A stretch of 63,285 nt of DNA, the filler included, from Basidioascus undulatus (taxonomy: Eukaryota): assembly GCA_000826855.1 (NCBI GenBank). It is 17 parts of 17 records of this genome, joined end to end, with 100 filler letters (N's around TTAATTAATTAA, not from the genome) between each part and the next. Parts side by side here need not be neighbours in the genome. Positions count along the whole stretch, not along the records: positions 48,343 to 50,754 come from JTLS01002778.1; positions 50,855 to 53,266 come from JTLS01002779.1; positions 53,367 to 55,776 come from JTLS01002780.1; positions 55,877 to 58,284 come from JTLS01002781.1; positions 58,385 to 60,785 come from JTLS01002782.1; 12 more parts are not named here. One strand, written 5' to 3'. Positions within the stretch are counted from its first letter, which is position 1. Every line of letters begins with the position of its first letter. The translations under genes and the position numbers were made by a program. This document shows, piece after piece, positions 48,343 to 60,785 of this stretch. The notes below the pieces were generated by a model. The model made no database searches, was not told where the DNA came from, and saw nothing but the letters and a program-made list of their open reading frames with translations.

Positions 48343-49699
48343 CGAGAGTGGGAGTGGGTAGGGGACGTTTAGGGACTATTTGGAGCAGCTCAAGGCGGAG
48401 TATAAGCCGGAGAAGGTGCGTGTGTCGGAGGCTATAGGGGGTGGGGGATGTGAGGCTGATGATGGAAGGCGTGGACGGGCAGTTCCACATCTCTGGTCCG
48501 TCTTCGATGCCGACGCCTCCGCGTCCGAGCAGGGCCTCACTTCTGCGTTCCCATCAGATTTCAACGGCAACCGCTTCTCAGCGGACGTAGTTTCCTTTCT
48601 TACCGGGAGCAAGTTCCCCCCCTGGATAACGAGTGCGCACCCTCCTCATGTTATCCCTCCAGCGCCCCACCGTCTTCTCACCCATAGGCCGCAGACCTGC
48701 CCTACGCGTTTCTCGAGAGCCCCTTCGGGCGCTCCATACGGCCGCAGCTCGAGCAGCTCTTTCGCGGGCCATCCGCCCCGCCTCCCCAGCAGCCATCGAC
48801 TTTTCTCTCTGCCCCCGCCGGGTCCGGCGGAGCGGGGACACCCTCGGGGTTCCTCTCCCCGTCTGCGACGGGCCCGGGACCGCAGCAGCAGCTGTACAGC
48901 CTTCACACGGGCGGGTACGCTGGTGGCATCGCTTTCCAGCCGACCGGGTTTGGCGCTGGAGGGATGCAGTCCCCCGCGCAGTTCGAGCAGCAGCTGCAGC
49001 CCCCGTCGCAGCAGCAGCAGTACTTCCCCCCGCTCTCATCTACTCCCCAAACGCCCTATGCGCCCTCCCCCGCCTCGAACTTTCCCGCCCTCACGCCTTC
49101 CTCAACCGGGCTACACAACCCCTTCGCGCCCACGTTTACGCCGCCCACCAGGGCTACCCCAAACCTCACCACCGGCAGCCTCCCGCCCTGGCCCATCTTC
49201 AACATCACCGGCGCGGCCGCACTGCAGCAGCTGCTGAATACGAACGTCAAAGCTATAGTCCAGACGGTGCGCTTCCTTCTCCCTCCCTCGCTCTCCTCCC
49301 CTCTCCTCACACGAATGAACGTGCCCCGACAGGTCTCACCCCTCACCACCTTCTCAAGCGGCACGTCCGCGACCGAGCCCGTTTTCCACGAACTCGCGCG
49401 CACGTACGGCGCACCCGGCCGCGGCGTCGCGTTTGCCCGCGTCGACGTGCGCGTCGCGCCCGACGCGGCGGCGCTCTGCGGCGTGTCCGACCTCGACCAG
49501 ACGTCGTATGTCGTCTTTACGCGCGGAAGCAGGGTGAGTCTGTTCTTCCTCTTGGGCCTCTGACCGTCTCTTGTCTTCTCTTTGCGTGCGATTGATGTCT
49601 AGTCTTTGTTTTTGGTTCGTGCCCGAGCAGGTCAACCTCTGGCGGGATCCGAACCCCGCCTCGACGCGCGCGGCGCTCGAGCAGTTCCTAGCGAGTTGA
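48343..49699 (+). CDS. PPPDE/DeSI peptidase-like + thioredoxin-like protein (catalytic motifs degenerate), 5' end missing
   Basis: FRDYLEQLKAEYKPEK-FHIS-DFNGNRFSADVVSFLTGSKFPPWIT-DLPYAFLESPFG aligns with the PPPDE C-terminal half. EPVFHELA..GVAFARVDV is thioredoxin-like. Stop at 49697-49699. Confidence 0.75.
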
Positions 49700-50854
49700 T
49701 TGTGGTTGGTCTCGAGACTCAGACGTTTCAATGGGCTCGGAGCACACACGATAGGGCTTTGTATACACACACGATGGGATGAGATGAGCATGCTGAGCAG
49801 CCGCGAGGCTCGCGGAATGCTGGGACACGCGGCGCGGACGCGCGCTTTCATTGCTGTGTGTCTGGCTCGGTGCGTCTTCACAGACCAACACAGGCTGTCG
49901 ACTCCGCGCCTGTTGTTGAGATCCCCTTCTGATGCGGAGATGTCGAAGCAAGTCAAAATACGCCTGGCGACGATATGGCGAAATGTACAGTTTTACGCCG
50001 CCTTATCACGATCTCCTGCCGCCGCTGTGGCCTTCCCATGTCTTTTCGCCATCGCCGGCGCCAGTGCCTGGCGCTTTCCCCTTCGATCTCCCCTTAAGCT
50101 TCATAGCTACCGTCACTCACAGAAATCACTGATGTTCCTCTTCCTCCTCCTGTGAAAAAAAACAGCTGTTTCCTACCAGCTCAAGGGCTTTTCAAGATGG
50201 AGCGAAGCTCATCAGGGACAGAAGGGGATTTATTTCTGGCGCAGATTGCACTCCCTCGTCCTTCACGCACACGCTGTCTCAGATGCCTGAACGCTGCTCA
50301 AAGCCTTGACAACAACCTCCACGGCCAACATCAAAGCCTCGAACGCCGCCGGGCGCACTTCAACTCTTCTGGCAGCTGAAATCTATTACGCTCCCGCATG
50401 CGGGCGGCGTCGCATGCAGATGTGATGAGGGAGCAGCGTCGTCGTCCTCATTCGCAGCTCCTCCTTCACCCGCCACTACCATCATCACTATCGCCTCCAT
50501 TGTTGCTGACGGCGCTCCAGCCGCGTCGTTCAGCACGGGCATGGCGCCGCAACACAGTCCCTCTGCTAATCGGTCCGACCCGTCCCACTCTTCTTTGCTT
50601 TCTCTGCTTCTCTCGAATCTTTTGCGACCGTCTCAACCCCGTTTCGTGTGCAATGTCGGCACACAACTACACCCCCGGCTTAGCGCTCCCCTCCTTCCTC
50701 CCCCGAAGGCCCGCGACGACTCCGACCAGAGCCGCACTCCCTCCCCCTCCTCCCNNNNNNNNNNNNNNNNNNNNNNNNNNNNNNNNNNNNNNNNNNNNTT
50801 AATTAATTAANNNNNNNNNNNNNNNNNNNNNNNNNNNNNNNNNNNNNNNNNNNN

Positions 50855-53266
50855 CCTTCTCGGCGGCCTCCTTCTCCTTGCGCTGCGCCTCGCGACGGGC
50901 CTCCTCCTCCTTGGCCTTGCGCTCCCGCTCAGCGCGCTCCCGCTCCTCCTTAGCAAGGCGCTCGCGCTGTCCAGCACAGCCCAACCTTACGTCAGCTCCC
51001 TTCCCCACTCACTCACCCTACCAATGAAAACTAACGTACCTCAGCCTCCTTCTCCTTGCGCTCCTTCTCCTTCGCCTCCCGCTCCGCCTTGGCCTTCTCC
51101 TCCCTCTCCTTGCGCTTGCGCTCCTTCTCCGCCTCGCGCTCGCGCTGGAGCTCGAGCTGCTTGCGGCGCTCCTCCTCCTTGCGCGCCTTCTCCTCCTCCT
51201 TGGCCTTGCGCTCCGCTTCGCGGCGGACGCGCTCAGCCTCTTGCTTGGCGCGGGCGGCCTCCTGTGCGGCTTCGGCCTTCGCGCGGGCGGCCTCCTGCTC
51301 GGCGAGCTGAGCAGCGCGACGCTCGGCCTCGGCTTGCTCCTTCTGAAGCTTTTGCTGCCTGTGATCCCATCTTTTCAATCAACCATCGTGCCTATCAGAA
51401 ACCCGAGGGTGCACGCACTTCTTCTTGTCCTTCTTCTTCTGGTTCTCCTTGGCCTTCTTCGCCTCGCGGTCGGCCGCCAAGCGGTCCTCCTCCTCAAGTT
51501 CACGGAGGAGTTCGAGCTGACGCTCTTGGGCGACCTGCACAGGCGGAGGGGAACGGAATCAGAATGGTGCCACTCGTCCAAAGCCTCTCGCGCAGGCCGC
51601 ACCTTCTCGCGGTAGGCCTGGAGGACGCGCTGCTCGAACATGCGTGCGGCAAAGATCTGGAACATGCGACGGCCCTCTTCCATACGCTGGGAGTGCGGGC
51701 AAGACTGGGTTAGTCGTGGCGTCCGGAACGTCAAAGCGAAGGGGTCCACTCACGTCATCGTCGTCCTCGTCCTGCACGTTCACCGCCGTGTAAGCCGCAC
51801 AATCTCCCATCCCAGATCCAGAAAAGAAACGCACCTCATCCTCATCCTCCTCGTCCTCCTCGTCCTCTTCCTCCTCGTCCTGCCGCCACGTCCTCAAATC
51901 AGCCTCCATCCACCGCTCACCTCGCCCACGGCTTGCGAAAGCGCACCTCGTCCTCCTCGTCCTCGTCCTCCTCGTCGCTCTCCTCGAGCCCCTGGGCCGC
52001 CTCCTCCTCGCGTTGCATGCGGCGCTCTGCCAGTGTCTCCATCATCTCGAGGAACTTCTGCCCGTCGTTCTTGAGCAGGTCGTCCGCGACAGTGAGGATA
52101 CCTCCTGGGCGATAATACGAAGTGGGCGGACACGGGCGCAATCGGGGACGAGGGGGATGGTGAGAGAGGGGGCAAAGGAAGGGATTCAGCCTCGCATCGC
52201 GTCTGCGTACTTGGGACGGGGATCGCAAGAAAGGGCGGAGCAAAGGTGGCAGAGGTAAAAGAGAAGCGGGTGGGACGGAGCCGACGCCCGGTCCGAAAGA
52301 ACGGGGGCGAAGGAGTGAGGGACCCACCTTGGACAGTGAAGCTCTTGCCGAAGCTCGAGGTAAAGAGGTCGCCGGGCCCGCGCTTGGGCTTGATCCGCGA
52401 ATTGCGACTGGGCGCAGCTTGGTCGTCTTCTTCCTCCTCGTCCTCTTCGTCGCCCTCGTCCGACGCATCGTCCTCGGCGTCCTGCACACCCCACCACACA
52501 TAATCAACACCCGTGCTCCGGCGCCCCATAAACAAGGAGGAACGAGCACGCACGTCGTCGTCGTAGTCATCCTCGTCCTCCTCGTCGTCGTACTCGTCCT
52601 CGAGCTCTTCTTCCTCGTCGACAGCGGCGGGGTCGAAGCTGCCGCGGACGAGCTCGCCATTCTTGTCGAGCTCGACCGAGCCGGGGAACGGGCCGGGGCC
52701 GGGCGGGGGCGGGATTGCGGAAGGGTTGAGGACGTGCTGCTGCTGGTGCGTCGCGTACTGCTCCAGCTCGTCGTAGTAGGCGTCGTAGAGGACCTCGAGC
52801 TCGTCCTCGATGGCGGCTCTGAAAACCTCGACTACGGTCAATTACACCATTGCCTGGAAGTAAGGTAGAAGTCGAACGCACCGCTTCCTCCCACAAACAG
52901 CACAAGCACAACTGTGCTTCTGCTGCTCCTTCATTTTGCGCAGTACGGCCTCCTTCTCGACCTTGACGAGTCTCCGGCGTTCCTCCTCGGTGAGACCGAG
53001 CCAGAACTCCTTGATGCGCTCGCGCTCCTCGCTCGAGTTAGTCGACCAGATCTTCTTGTTCGTCGGCGCCTTGGCCTGCGCCGCGGGCGCGGGCTTCGCA
53101 GCGGGCTTCGCGGGCGCCGCGGGTCGGGTCGCAGCCGGCGGCGCGTAGGCCATCGGCTGCTTTCCGACCGCTCGAGAGCTCGGGGGCGGGTTGGACGCGG
53201 GAGGAGGGGGGATGGGTTGCGAGGGAGGAGGAGGAGAAGGGAGAGGGGCGGAGACGGGTTGAGCGG
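50855..53266 (-). CDS. NST1: Stress response protein Nst1, internal fragment
   Basis: [103 protein letters not shown]; long E/K/R coiled coil. Confidence 0.92.
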
Positions 53267-53366
53267 NNNNNNNNNNNNNNNNNNNNNNNNNNNNNNNNNN
53301 NNNNNNNNNNTTAATTAATTAANNNNNNNNNNNNNNNNNNNNNNNNNNNNNNNNNNNNNNNNNNNN

Positions 53367-53632
53367 TCAAGGACTACGGCTCGGAGTCCGAGGGCCTTAA
53401 CGTCCTCCTCGACTACTTCAAGTCTGTGAGTCTTGTCTCCATGCTTATGCTTTTGGGCGGGCAAAGGTGGTGTTTGGGCATCCGTGTGGGCGTCGGTGCT
53501 GGCGGAACGTGGTGGAGGGCAAGACCTATCGCACCAGCGGCATCTGGCCGTTACTTCCCTCCGTGCTCTTTCATCTTCCCGGCTGTCCTTGATTGAAGCT
53601 GACTCTTTGTTCCCCCTCATAAGCGCCAGTAA
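53367..53632 (+). CDS. RPS12: 40S ribosomal protein S12 (eS12), last two exons
   Basis: KDYGSESEGLNVLLDYFKS, then intron 53426-53623 (GTGAGT..GCTGAC..AAG), then CGC CAG TAA. Confidence 0.75.
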
Positions 53633-54015
53633 GCGACGGCGCTTCCTCGCCATCGTGGGCCGTCTACGTTTGGTCTCGCCGGCTGGTGTCATGTACATTC
53701 CGCTTGGGTGGACCGCAAAGACGTTTCGCGAACCTTGCTTTCTTTGTGTGACTTTGCTGCGATGCTTGCTGGCTATGGTTGGGCTTGATCAGTCGGGGCA
53801 GTTTGTGCGCTGAATGCAGGGCAGGGCGTTCGCTGTCCAGTCGCTTCTGCGAAGTGAACTTGGAATTGCACGGAATCGACATAGCAAGTATGCCTAATAC
53901 ACGGCTATACCTTTCAACGAAACATTACAAGACAATTGTTACCCAGTCGGGATATATTGCACTGCACTTTCGCGTGCGATCAAAGGCCCATGATCGAACG
54001 CGAGGTGGCTTGATG

Positions 54016-55776
54016 ACGATGCGGCGCCCGTTGCCGAAGAAGCTTGACTTCGTTGCAATCGTTCGCTGCTCGTTCTCGTCTTCTTGCCTCCCCTCTCCCA
54101 CCATCGACCGCTCTCTGTCCCCATATTTCCATTCTACGCCCCTAGCCGGTCTCCACGGGCCCTGTAATGCATCGACTGGGCGCGCTACCGCTTCTCAAGA
54201 ACCACCTCAAGTCAGAAAAGGTGCAGTAGATTCTCCTTGCACTCGTCCGCCGTTTCCTCATTCCCTGCTCACCTTGGCCGCCTCTCTCCTGCAGGACTAC
54301 CACGAGGCCCTAGTCTCCGTCACCCGGCCAGGGACGACCTCCTCGGCGGCCCTGCTCGCATGGGGGTCCGCAGAAGCGCCAGACCTCGCCGAGGCGACGA
54401 GCGCGCTCGCGGCGCTGCTGGCGAGCGCGAACGAGGCGCTGCTCGAGTACGCCGCCCGGGTGGGCGAGGCGAGGGAGCGCATGAGCGACCTCAAGGAGCG
54501 TGAGGAGGAGTGGATGAATGTCGAGCGGGATAGGGAGATTCTGTGCGTCTTGCCTTTCTTCTCTTCTCTTTGGGTGCAATAGGTCGGCGGCTGGACCTGT
54601 GGCTCATGCCTTCCCCAACGATCACAGCGTCTCCCGCCTCATTAAGGCGTCCAACAAGAAGCCATCCTCCCACTCCTCCACACCCGCAGCCGCGTCCGAA
54701 AAGCTCTTTGCGGCTCAGCGCGAGCTGCGTGCGTGCGAGGCGCACCTCTCCTCCCTCGAGTCGCGTCTCGAGCTCGACAAGCGCGCCGTCCTTCACAACG
54801 CTCTTGCGCTCCGCCTGCGCGGGATGATGCAGCTCGGTTGGCGCCTGCAGGAGGTGGCCAAGGAGTCGCTCGGCGTCCTGGAGCGCCTCAGCAGCTCCGG
54901 CGCGGACGGTGCAGACGCGGCATCGTACCGCGCCCTTCCCCTCCCTTACGACCCCGCCGAAGTCGGGTCCGAAGCGTCTCTCGCACCGAGCCAGTCGGCC
55001 TCCCAGATCGGCGTCCAGCGGGAGGTCCAGCCTGGGCAGGCGACGCTCGACATCGTGCCCCCTCATCGCATGTCCGCGTCCGTTCTCGACGACTACTATC
55101 CGAGCCCCGTCACCTCGCCTCCGCCGGTGCCCGCGCCGCCGCCCAAGGACGAGGACGAGGTCGCGAGCGACAGCTCGTCCTTCGTGGAGGGGACGCTCGA
55201 GGGCCGCGCGGGCTTCGATTTCAAGTACAACAACCGGATGGACGAGCCGCCGATGAGCAAGGAGCAGTGGACGACGGCGAGGGAGCACCCCGCGCCGAAC
55301 CTGTCGATCAAGCCCCCGCCGCCCCTGAACGACCACCGCGCCCAGGTGTCCCCGACCGACTTTCTCACGCACAAGCTCTCCAACGGCCACCTCCCCCACG
55401 CGCCCTCGCCCGCGCCCCGCCCGCCGTTCGAACAGTCCCACTCAGCCGCTACGATCCGGCCGCAGACGCGCGCGTCCACGGCGCGCGCGCCGCCGCCGCT
55501 GCCGCGCTCACCGTCACCCGTCTCCTCGGACGACTCGTCCATCCGGGGGCGCAAGCGGTCCACGTCCCTTCTCGGCGGGATCGGCAGGCTGTTCGGCATC
55601 GGCTCGTTGTCCAAGAAGTCCAAACGCCGCGCGCGCTCCGAGCTCAGCAACGTTGGGCCCAACACGTTCGTCACGTGGGGCAGCGCCAGCGGGGGCGGGG
55701 GTGGGAGGCACCCGCAGAGTGGGACGTGGTCGACGCGGATCGACGCGCGCCAGGCGCGGCGCGAGGCCGAGTCGTC
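54016..55776 (+). CDS. Pil1/Lsp1-like BAR-domain protein with a long Ser/Pro tail; start uncertain, 3' end missing
   Basis: LKNHLKSEK-DYHEAL...SAALLAWGSAEAPDLAE...LLEYAA.V...RE.MSDLKEREEE...RDREIL-VSRLIK...AQRELRACEAHL is a helical bundle typical of Pil1-related proteins. Confidence 0.6.
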
Positions 55777-55891
55777 NNNNNNNNNNNNNNNNNNNNNNNN
55801 NNNNNNNNNNNNNNNNNNNNTTAATTAATTAANNNNNNNNNNNNNNNNNNNNNNNNNNNNNNNNNNNNNNNNNNNNGAGAACCAAAGGCGC

Positions 55892-57994
55892 TTAGACAGC
55901 GACCTTGTCCCCGCTCTCCTCCTGCTTCTTCGCCTGCAGAGCGCAGAGGGCGGCTGAACACCCGACCCACCAATCATAAATCAGCACAGCGCCCCAGAAA
56001 CACAGGGAAACAGAAGACTAGGGGAAGAGGGGGGGAGGGAGAGGCACGGGGAAAGAGAGGAGGGGAAGGAAGGAGGAAAGGCAAAGAACGCACCGCCCAC
56101 GCCCGACCCGTCCTTCGCCAGACCGATGTTGACGCGTTTTTGGGCGGCCTCGCCAACGAGGGAGGTGAGCGCAGCGCGGAGGCGGGGCTCGAAGTAGGGG
56201 TAGAACTCGACGACACTGTGTGCCCAAAGATCAGTTCCTATTGCCCAAACCAGGCGGTGGCCGCGGGGAAGAAGGAAGAAGACGCGACGCACCTGCCATC
56301 CACCCCCAACCCGATCTCCTCCGTACCTCGCACCGCCCCCGTCCGCTCCACAATAGCCGCCACCGCGCACGCGCTCAGCGCCGCCGCGCGCTGTCCGACC
56401 AATTCCGCCGCCCACTTGAGCACGCCCGCGTCCTCATCCGTCGGCTTCTCCACCCCAAACTCCTTCTGCAGGACTTCGCGCGCGCCGGCGAGATCCGCGG
56501 AGCCCTCGATCGTGGAGAGCAGGGCGGTGTCGAGGCCGTACTGCTCTGAGAGAGTGGTGGGTTGGGACGGGGGGGAGGCGAGGAAGTGTTGAGAGGACTG
56601 GAGGGAGAGCAGAAGGTGGCGGAGGATCTCGCCCAGGTCTGTTGGGAGGGAGAGGCGGTGAGGAGGGGCGGGAAGGAGAGGGGGGAAAGGCGCTTACACA
56701 TGCCGGAGATCATCTTCTCGAACGCTTGTTTTCGGCTGTGGGAAAAGGGGTGAGCGAGGGAGGGGAAGGGAGGGGACGAGGGAGGGGGACAAACGGGTTG
56801 ATAGACGCCGCGTCGAGCTTGTCGTCCCACTCGGTGACTGGCAGGGCATGGCGGCCGTTGTCACTCGCGCCCCACCTGTGCTCCGCCGTCCCATGGGTCA
56901 GTCGCGCTCGGAAGAAGTAGGAGAGAGGCAAGCGGGGGTGAAGGGAGGGGAGAGGAAGACGCACTCAGTGTTGACGATCATGGTGTCCGCCGCGTCTGGG
57001 GCGGAGCGCGCAGAGGACGACATCTTGGTGATCGAGGAGTGCTTCTCGACGTACGCGCCGTTGGTGCCGGTGCCTGATTAGGTGGAAGAGAGTGAGTGGG
57101 TTTGACGAGGTGGGAGAGAGGAAGACGGGAGAAGACGCGTACCGAAGATGGCGCCGATTTGGGCGGTGCCGGACTGGTAGCCGCGGGCGAGAAGGGTGCC
57201 AACGGTCTGAGAGCGCGGGAAAGGTGAGCAAGGGGGGAAAACGAACGAAGTAAGGGAGATGGTGGCTCACGTCGTTCACCAGCGCCGACACGCGCACGTT
57301 GAGCTTCGCGCGGTCCAACGCGTCCTGCAGGAGCTTGACGACGTCCTTCCCCGGAGCGTCAGGGCACGAGAACCCCTTAGTCCAAGTGAGGAGCGTGCCG
57401 CGGTCGAGGGCGGTCTGGTGGACGGGGAAGGAGAACGTGAAGCCGAGGTGGAGCATCTCGTCCTCGGGGATGCCGCTCTCGGACTTGGCGAGGAAGTCGC
57501 CGATCGACTTGGCGATGTAGTCGAAGAGGTCTGCGGCGGGCCCCGTCTTAAGCGAGGAGGCGACGGCGTACTTCTCTTGCTTGATCGTGAACTTGTGAGG
57601 CTCAGGGGAGAGGACGACCTCGCACACGCGCAGGTTAGTGCCGCCTGGTTGAAGGAGCGGAGGTCAGATGAAGGGTGTATATGGGAAGACTGAGAAGGAA
57701 GATGGCGCACCGAGGTCAAGAGCAAGGAAGGTGCTGTCCGCCGCGCACCACATCAGCCATCCACCTTCATCTCACGCGACCTCGCATGAAAAACAAAACG
57801 GCGACTCACCCAGTCTCCGAGCCGTTAGGGACGCCCGAAACGAACGTGGGGATCATGGCCATGTCGACGCCCTCGCGGCTGAGGCCATCCTCGAACTCCT
57901 TCTTGATCTGGTCGGTGATCTTGCGGAGCGTCTCGGGCGAGAGCTCGAACTGCTCCGCAATGGACTTTTTAAGCGAGTCCGGGAGGGGCGCCAT
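55892..57994 (-). CDS. Hexokinase/glucokinase, multi-exon
   Basis: MAMIPTFV..VPNGSETG-TFLALDL-GGTNLRV; LGFTFSFPVHQT..GTLLTWTKGF; VNDTVG; GTGTNGAY; FEKMISGMYLGE; AKDGSGVG-AALCA; stop TAA at 55892. Confidence 0.94.
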
Positions 57995-58384
57995 AGTCGG
58001 GTGTGTGGGGGGTGGGTATCGAGGAGGGAAGGGAGAGGGGAAACGCACCTGCAAGCAAGTAACGACGTTCTGCCCATGCCTCGCAAACTCAAACTGGCCC
58101 TCCGGCTCGGCGCGCGCCCAGTTCCGCCGCGTGACGAAGCGTCTGCGGACGAGGTGCTTGAACGGGTGGGGCTGGTGCGGGACGAGTGCGAGTTGGTGGT
58201 CGACGCCGAACTGTGCGGGGGGCGCGGGCGGGGGGAAGGGCGAAGTGCAAAGGCGTACCCCGACTCATGACAATCTGCTCCACANNNNNNNNNNNNNNNN
58301 NNNNNNNNNNNNNNNNNNNNNNNNNNNNTTAATTAATTAANNNNNNNNNNNNNNNNNNNNNNNNNNNNNNNNNNNNNNNNNNNN

Positions 58385-60785
58385 GCGCCGGACGGTCGTC
58401 TCGCCAGGGGCAGCGAGAGAGCTGAACTGGGAGAGCCTGTCGGCGTTCTCTTGAGAGGCGTTGAACCTGCGGTCACACCCCTGCATCAACACTGCGAACA
58501 ACTTCGCTGATGGGAAGGACGCACTGGAACGCGCGCTGAGCGGGCAATTGCCTGGTTAAGCGGTCAGCAATGGTACCTGCGTTCGAGGCTGGGATGCGGG
58601 ACGTACAAAGCGACGTGCCCGGAGGCCGTGAACTTGAGCTGCTTCTTTTGCACAGGCGCTCGCTGGGAGGAAGGGGCCGCGCGAGCATCCGAAGCAGCGG
58701 CTACACCAGAAGCCTGTGGCCGACAGTCTGTCAGCGCTTGCAGTGCCTGTTCTGACCGCAAATGATCAACCCACATGAGGCGTTACCCTGCCGCATCGAT
58801 AGCGTCAGTACCTCAACCGCAGTCGGCAAGACTCCACATGCTTACCCTTCAACCTCATCCTCGTCAAGCTCATCCCTCCGCCGCCTCGAAGTCCACCACC
58901 TCCCTCCCACCTCCCCGATCTCCTCCTCCTCCCCCATCTTCTCCTCCTTCTCCCACATCTCCTCCTCCTCCTCCTCCCGCGCACCAACGCTCTCCTCCTG
59001 CGTCCCCGCCTCCAGCACCGCCCTCAGCTCCGGATCGATGCTCGGCATCGTCTCGTCGTCCAGCTGCGTCTCAGCCACGGGGTCCATCTCGGACGTCGGC
59101 GCGCGCGGGGGCATGAGACTCTCCGTGTCCGCCTGCGTCGCCTCCCCCTCCTCTAGGAGCTGCCGCAGCTCCTCGTCCATCTCCACCTCCCCACCAAGCT
59201 TTGGTGGCTGGTGGGCGGCCGGGGTGGACGAGATCAGCGGCGAGCTCGCGCGGAACGGCGTCGGCGTCGGCGGCAAGCTCTCCTCCTGCGTGCTCGCCTC
59301 GAGGACCGCCCTCAACTCCGGATCCATCTCCGGGCGCTCGAACGCCTCCGCAACGCGCCGGCGCTTCGAGCTCGGCATGCCCTCTGCCTGGTAAAGCTGC
59401 GCGGAGATGTCCGCCTCATCGAGCAGATACGAGCTCTCGGGGGTGGGGTCGGGGCGAGGGGATGCGGAGGTGGAGCGGCGGCGGGTTGACGCAGGGGAGA
59501 GGGATGGGGGAGGCTGGGAGAGTCGGGGGGGCTCGTTAGGGGGGATCTAGGAATGAGAGAGAGGAGAAGGGAAAGCACGCACGGAAGCTGAGGCGGAGGC
59601 ATCGACGGCCCGGACTGAGCGCAAGTACTCGAGCATCTCGTCCAAGAAGTAGTCGTACGGCCAGTTCACATCCCACTCTTCCTCGGGCGTGCTCTCGATC
59701 TGTACCCTCAAACACCTCAACAACACGCTCGCCCTTCCCTTGAGGCAAAAGACTAGCGCGCACCTCAGCCATCCGCTCCTGCGCTGCCCTCCTCCAAGCC
59801 TCATCGACCTCCGCTGCACCAAGCCCCCGACCTGGGGAAAGCTTGTCCAGCCGAGAGAGGAGCGAAGGCGAGAAAAGCTCTGCGAGGAGCTCGGACGCGT
59901 CTGGGGTGGGCCCGCCGAGGCTCAAGGACTGGGCTCGGAGGGCGCGGAGGAGGGCGACGAACGTCTGTAGGGGTTCCCAGCTCTCATCAACACCTCTTCC
60001 GCCAGGTAATATATACTAGAGAGAGTTAGAAAGAGGAAGAGAGATAGAGAGCGAGCGCCCACCTGAGTAGCGAGCTCCACAAACAGCCTCAGCGCGTGCT
60101 CGTCCTCCATCCCGCGCGGGGGGACGACCGCGCGCGCAAAGAAGCGCCACGCATCCTTCATCTCGTGTGGATCGGCGTGGGCGAGCGCATGCGCGCACAC
60201 CGCAAGATTCGACGCGCGAAGCCCTCGCGCGAGCTGCGTGTGGGAGGGGTCGCGACGATCGTATGCCGAGGAAAGAATGTCGGGGAGGAGGAGGTACGTG
60301 TCGAAGGAGAAGTAGTTCTTTCTCAGAGCTGTGCGCACCCAACGCCCCACCTCTTCCTTTAGCAAACGAGACCAGACCTTGAGATATGGAAGGGTACTGG
60401 GGAAAACGCACTCTCGCAAGTCTCCCACTCCCGCCTCGTCTCCGGCCCGTCCCAGTCCGCGCTCGCGTTCGCGGAGAGGTACGCGTCGCACACCTCGTCC
60501 GCGACGTACTCGAGCGCGGCGGCGCGCTTCTCCAGCTTCGAGAGCGGGACGTGGTGCTGCGCGATTGAGGGGCGCACGCCTGGGGCGGGCGCGGCGGTGG
60601 ATCTTCGGGCTGCTCCGACCGCGCGCCTGGAAGAGGAGACGCCGGAGCGGCGGGGGAGGGAGGGCTGGCGGAATACAGCATTGGATGGGCCTGTATAGAT
60701 TCGATCAGTTGGGTTTGTATAGATTCGATCAATTGGATTTGCATGGCAAGATCCACTAGACTACAGCGCACTCACCGACGTCCGC
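58385..60785 (-). CDS. Probable TRFH-domain (telomere repeat-binding factor-like) protein, internal fragment
   Basis: LRASNLAVCAHAL...AWRFFARAVVP...ALRLFVELATQ-TFVALL...NWPYDYFLDEMLEYL recalls the fungal TRF dimerisation pattern (R.ANLA...F.P...LFLELKTQA...YP...F...L..Y). No Myb domain is on the contig. Confidence 0.5.

Noticed and set aside
60692..60741. 24-bp tandem duplication giving IQLIESIQTQLIESIQ
   Set aside because: It appears to lie in an intron of the TRFH-like gene, has only two copies, and shows no sign of function.
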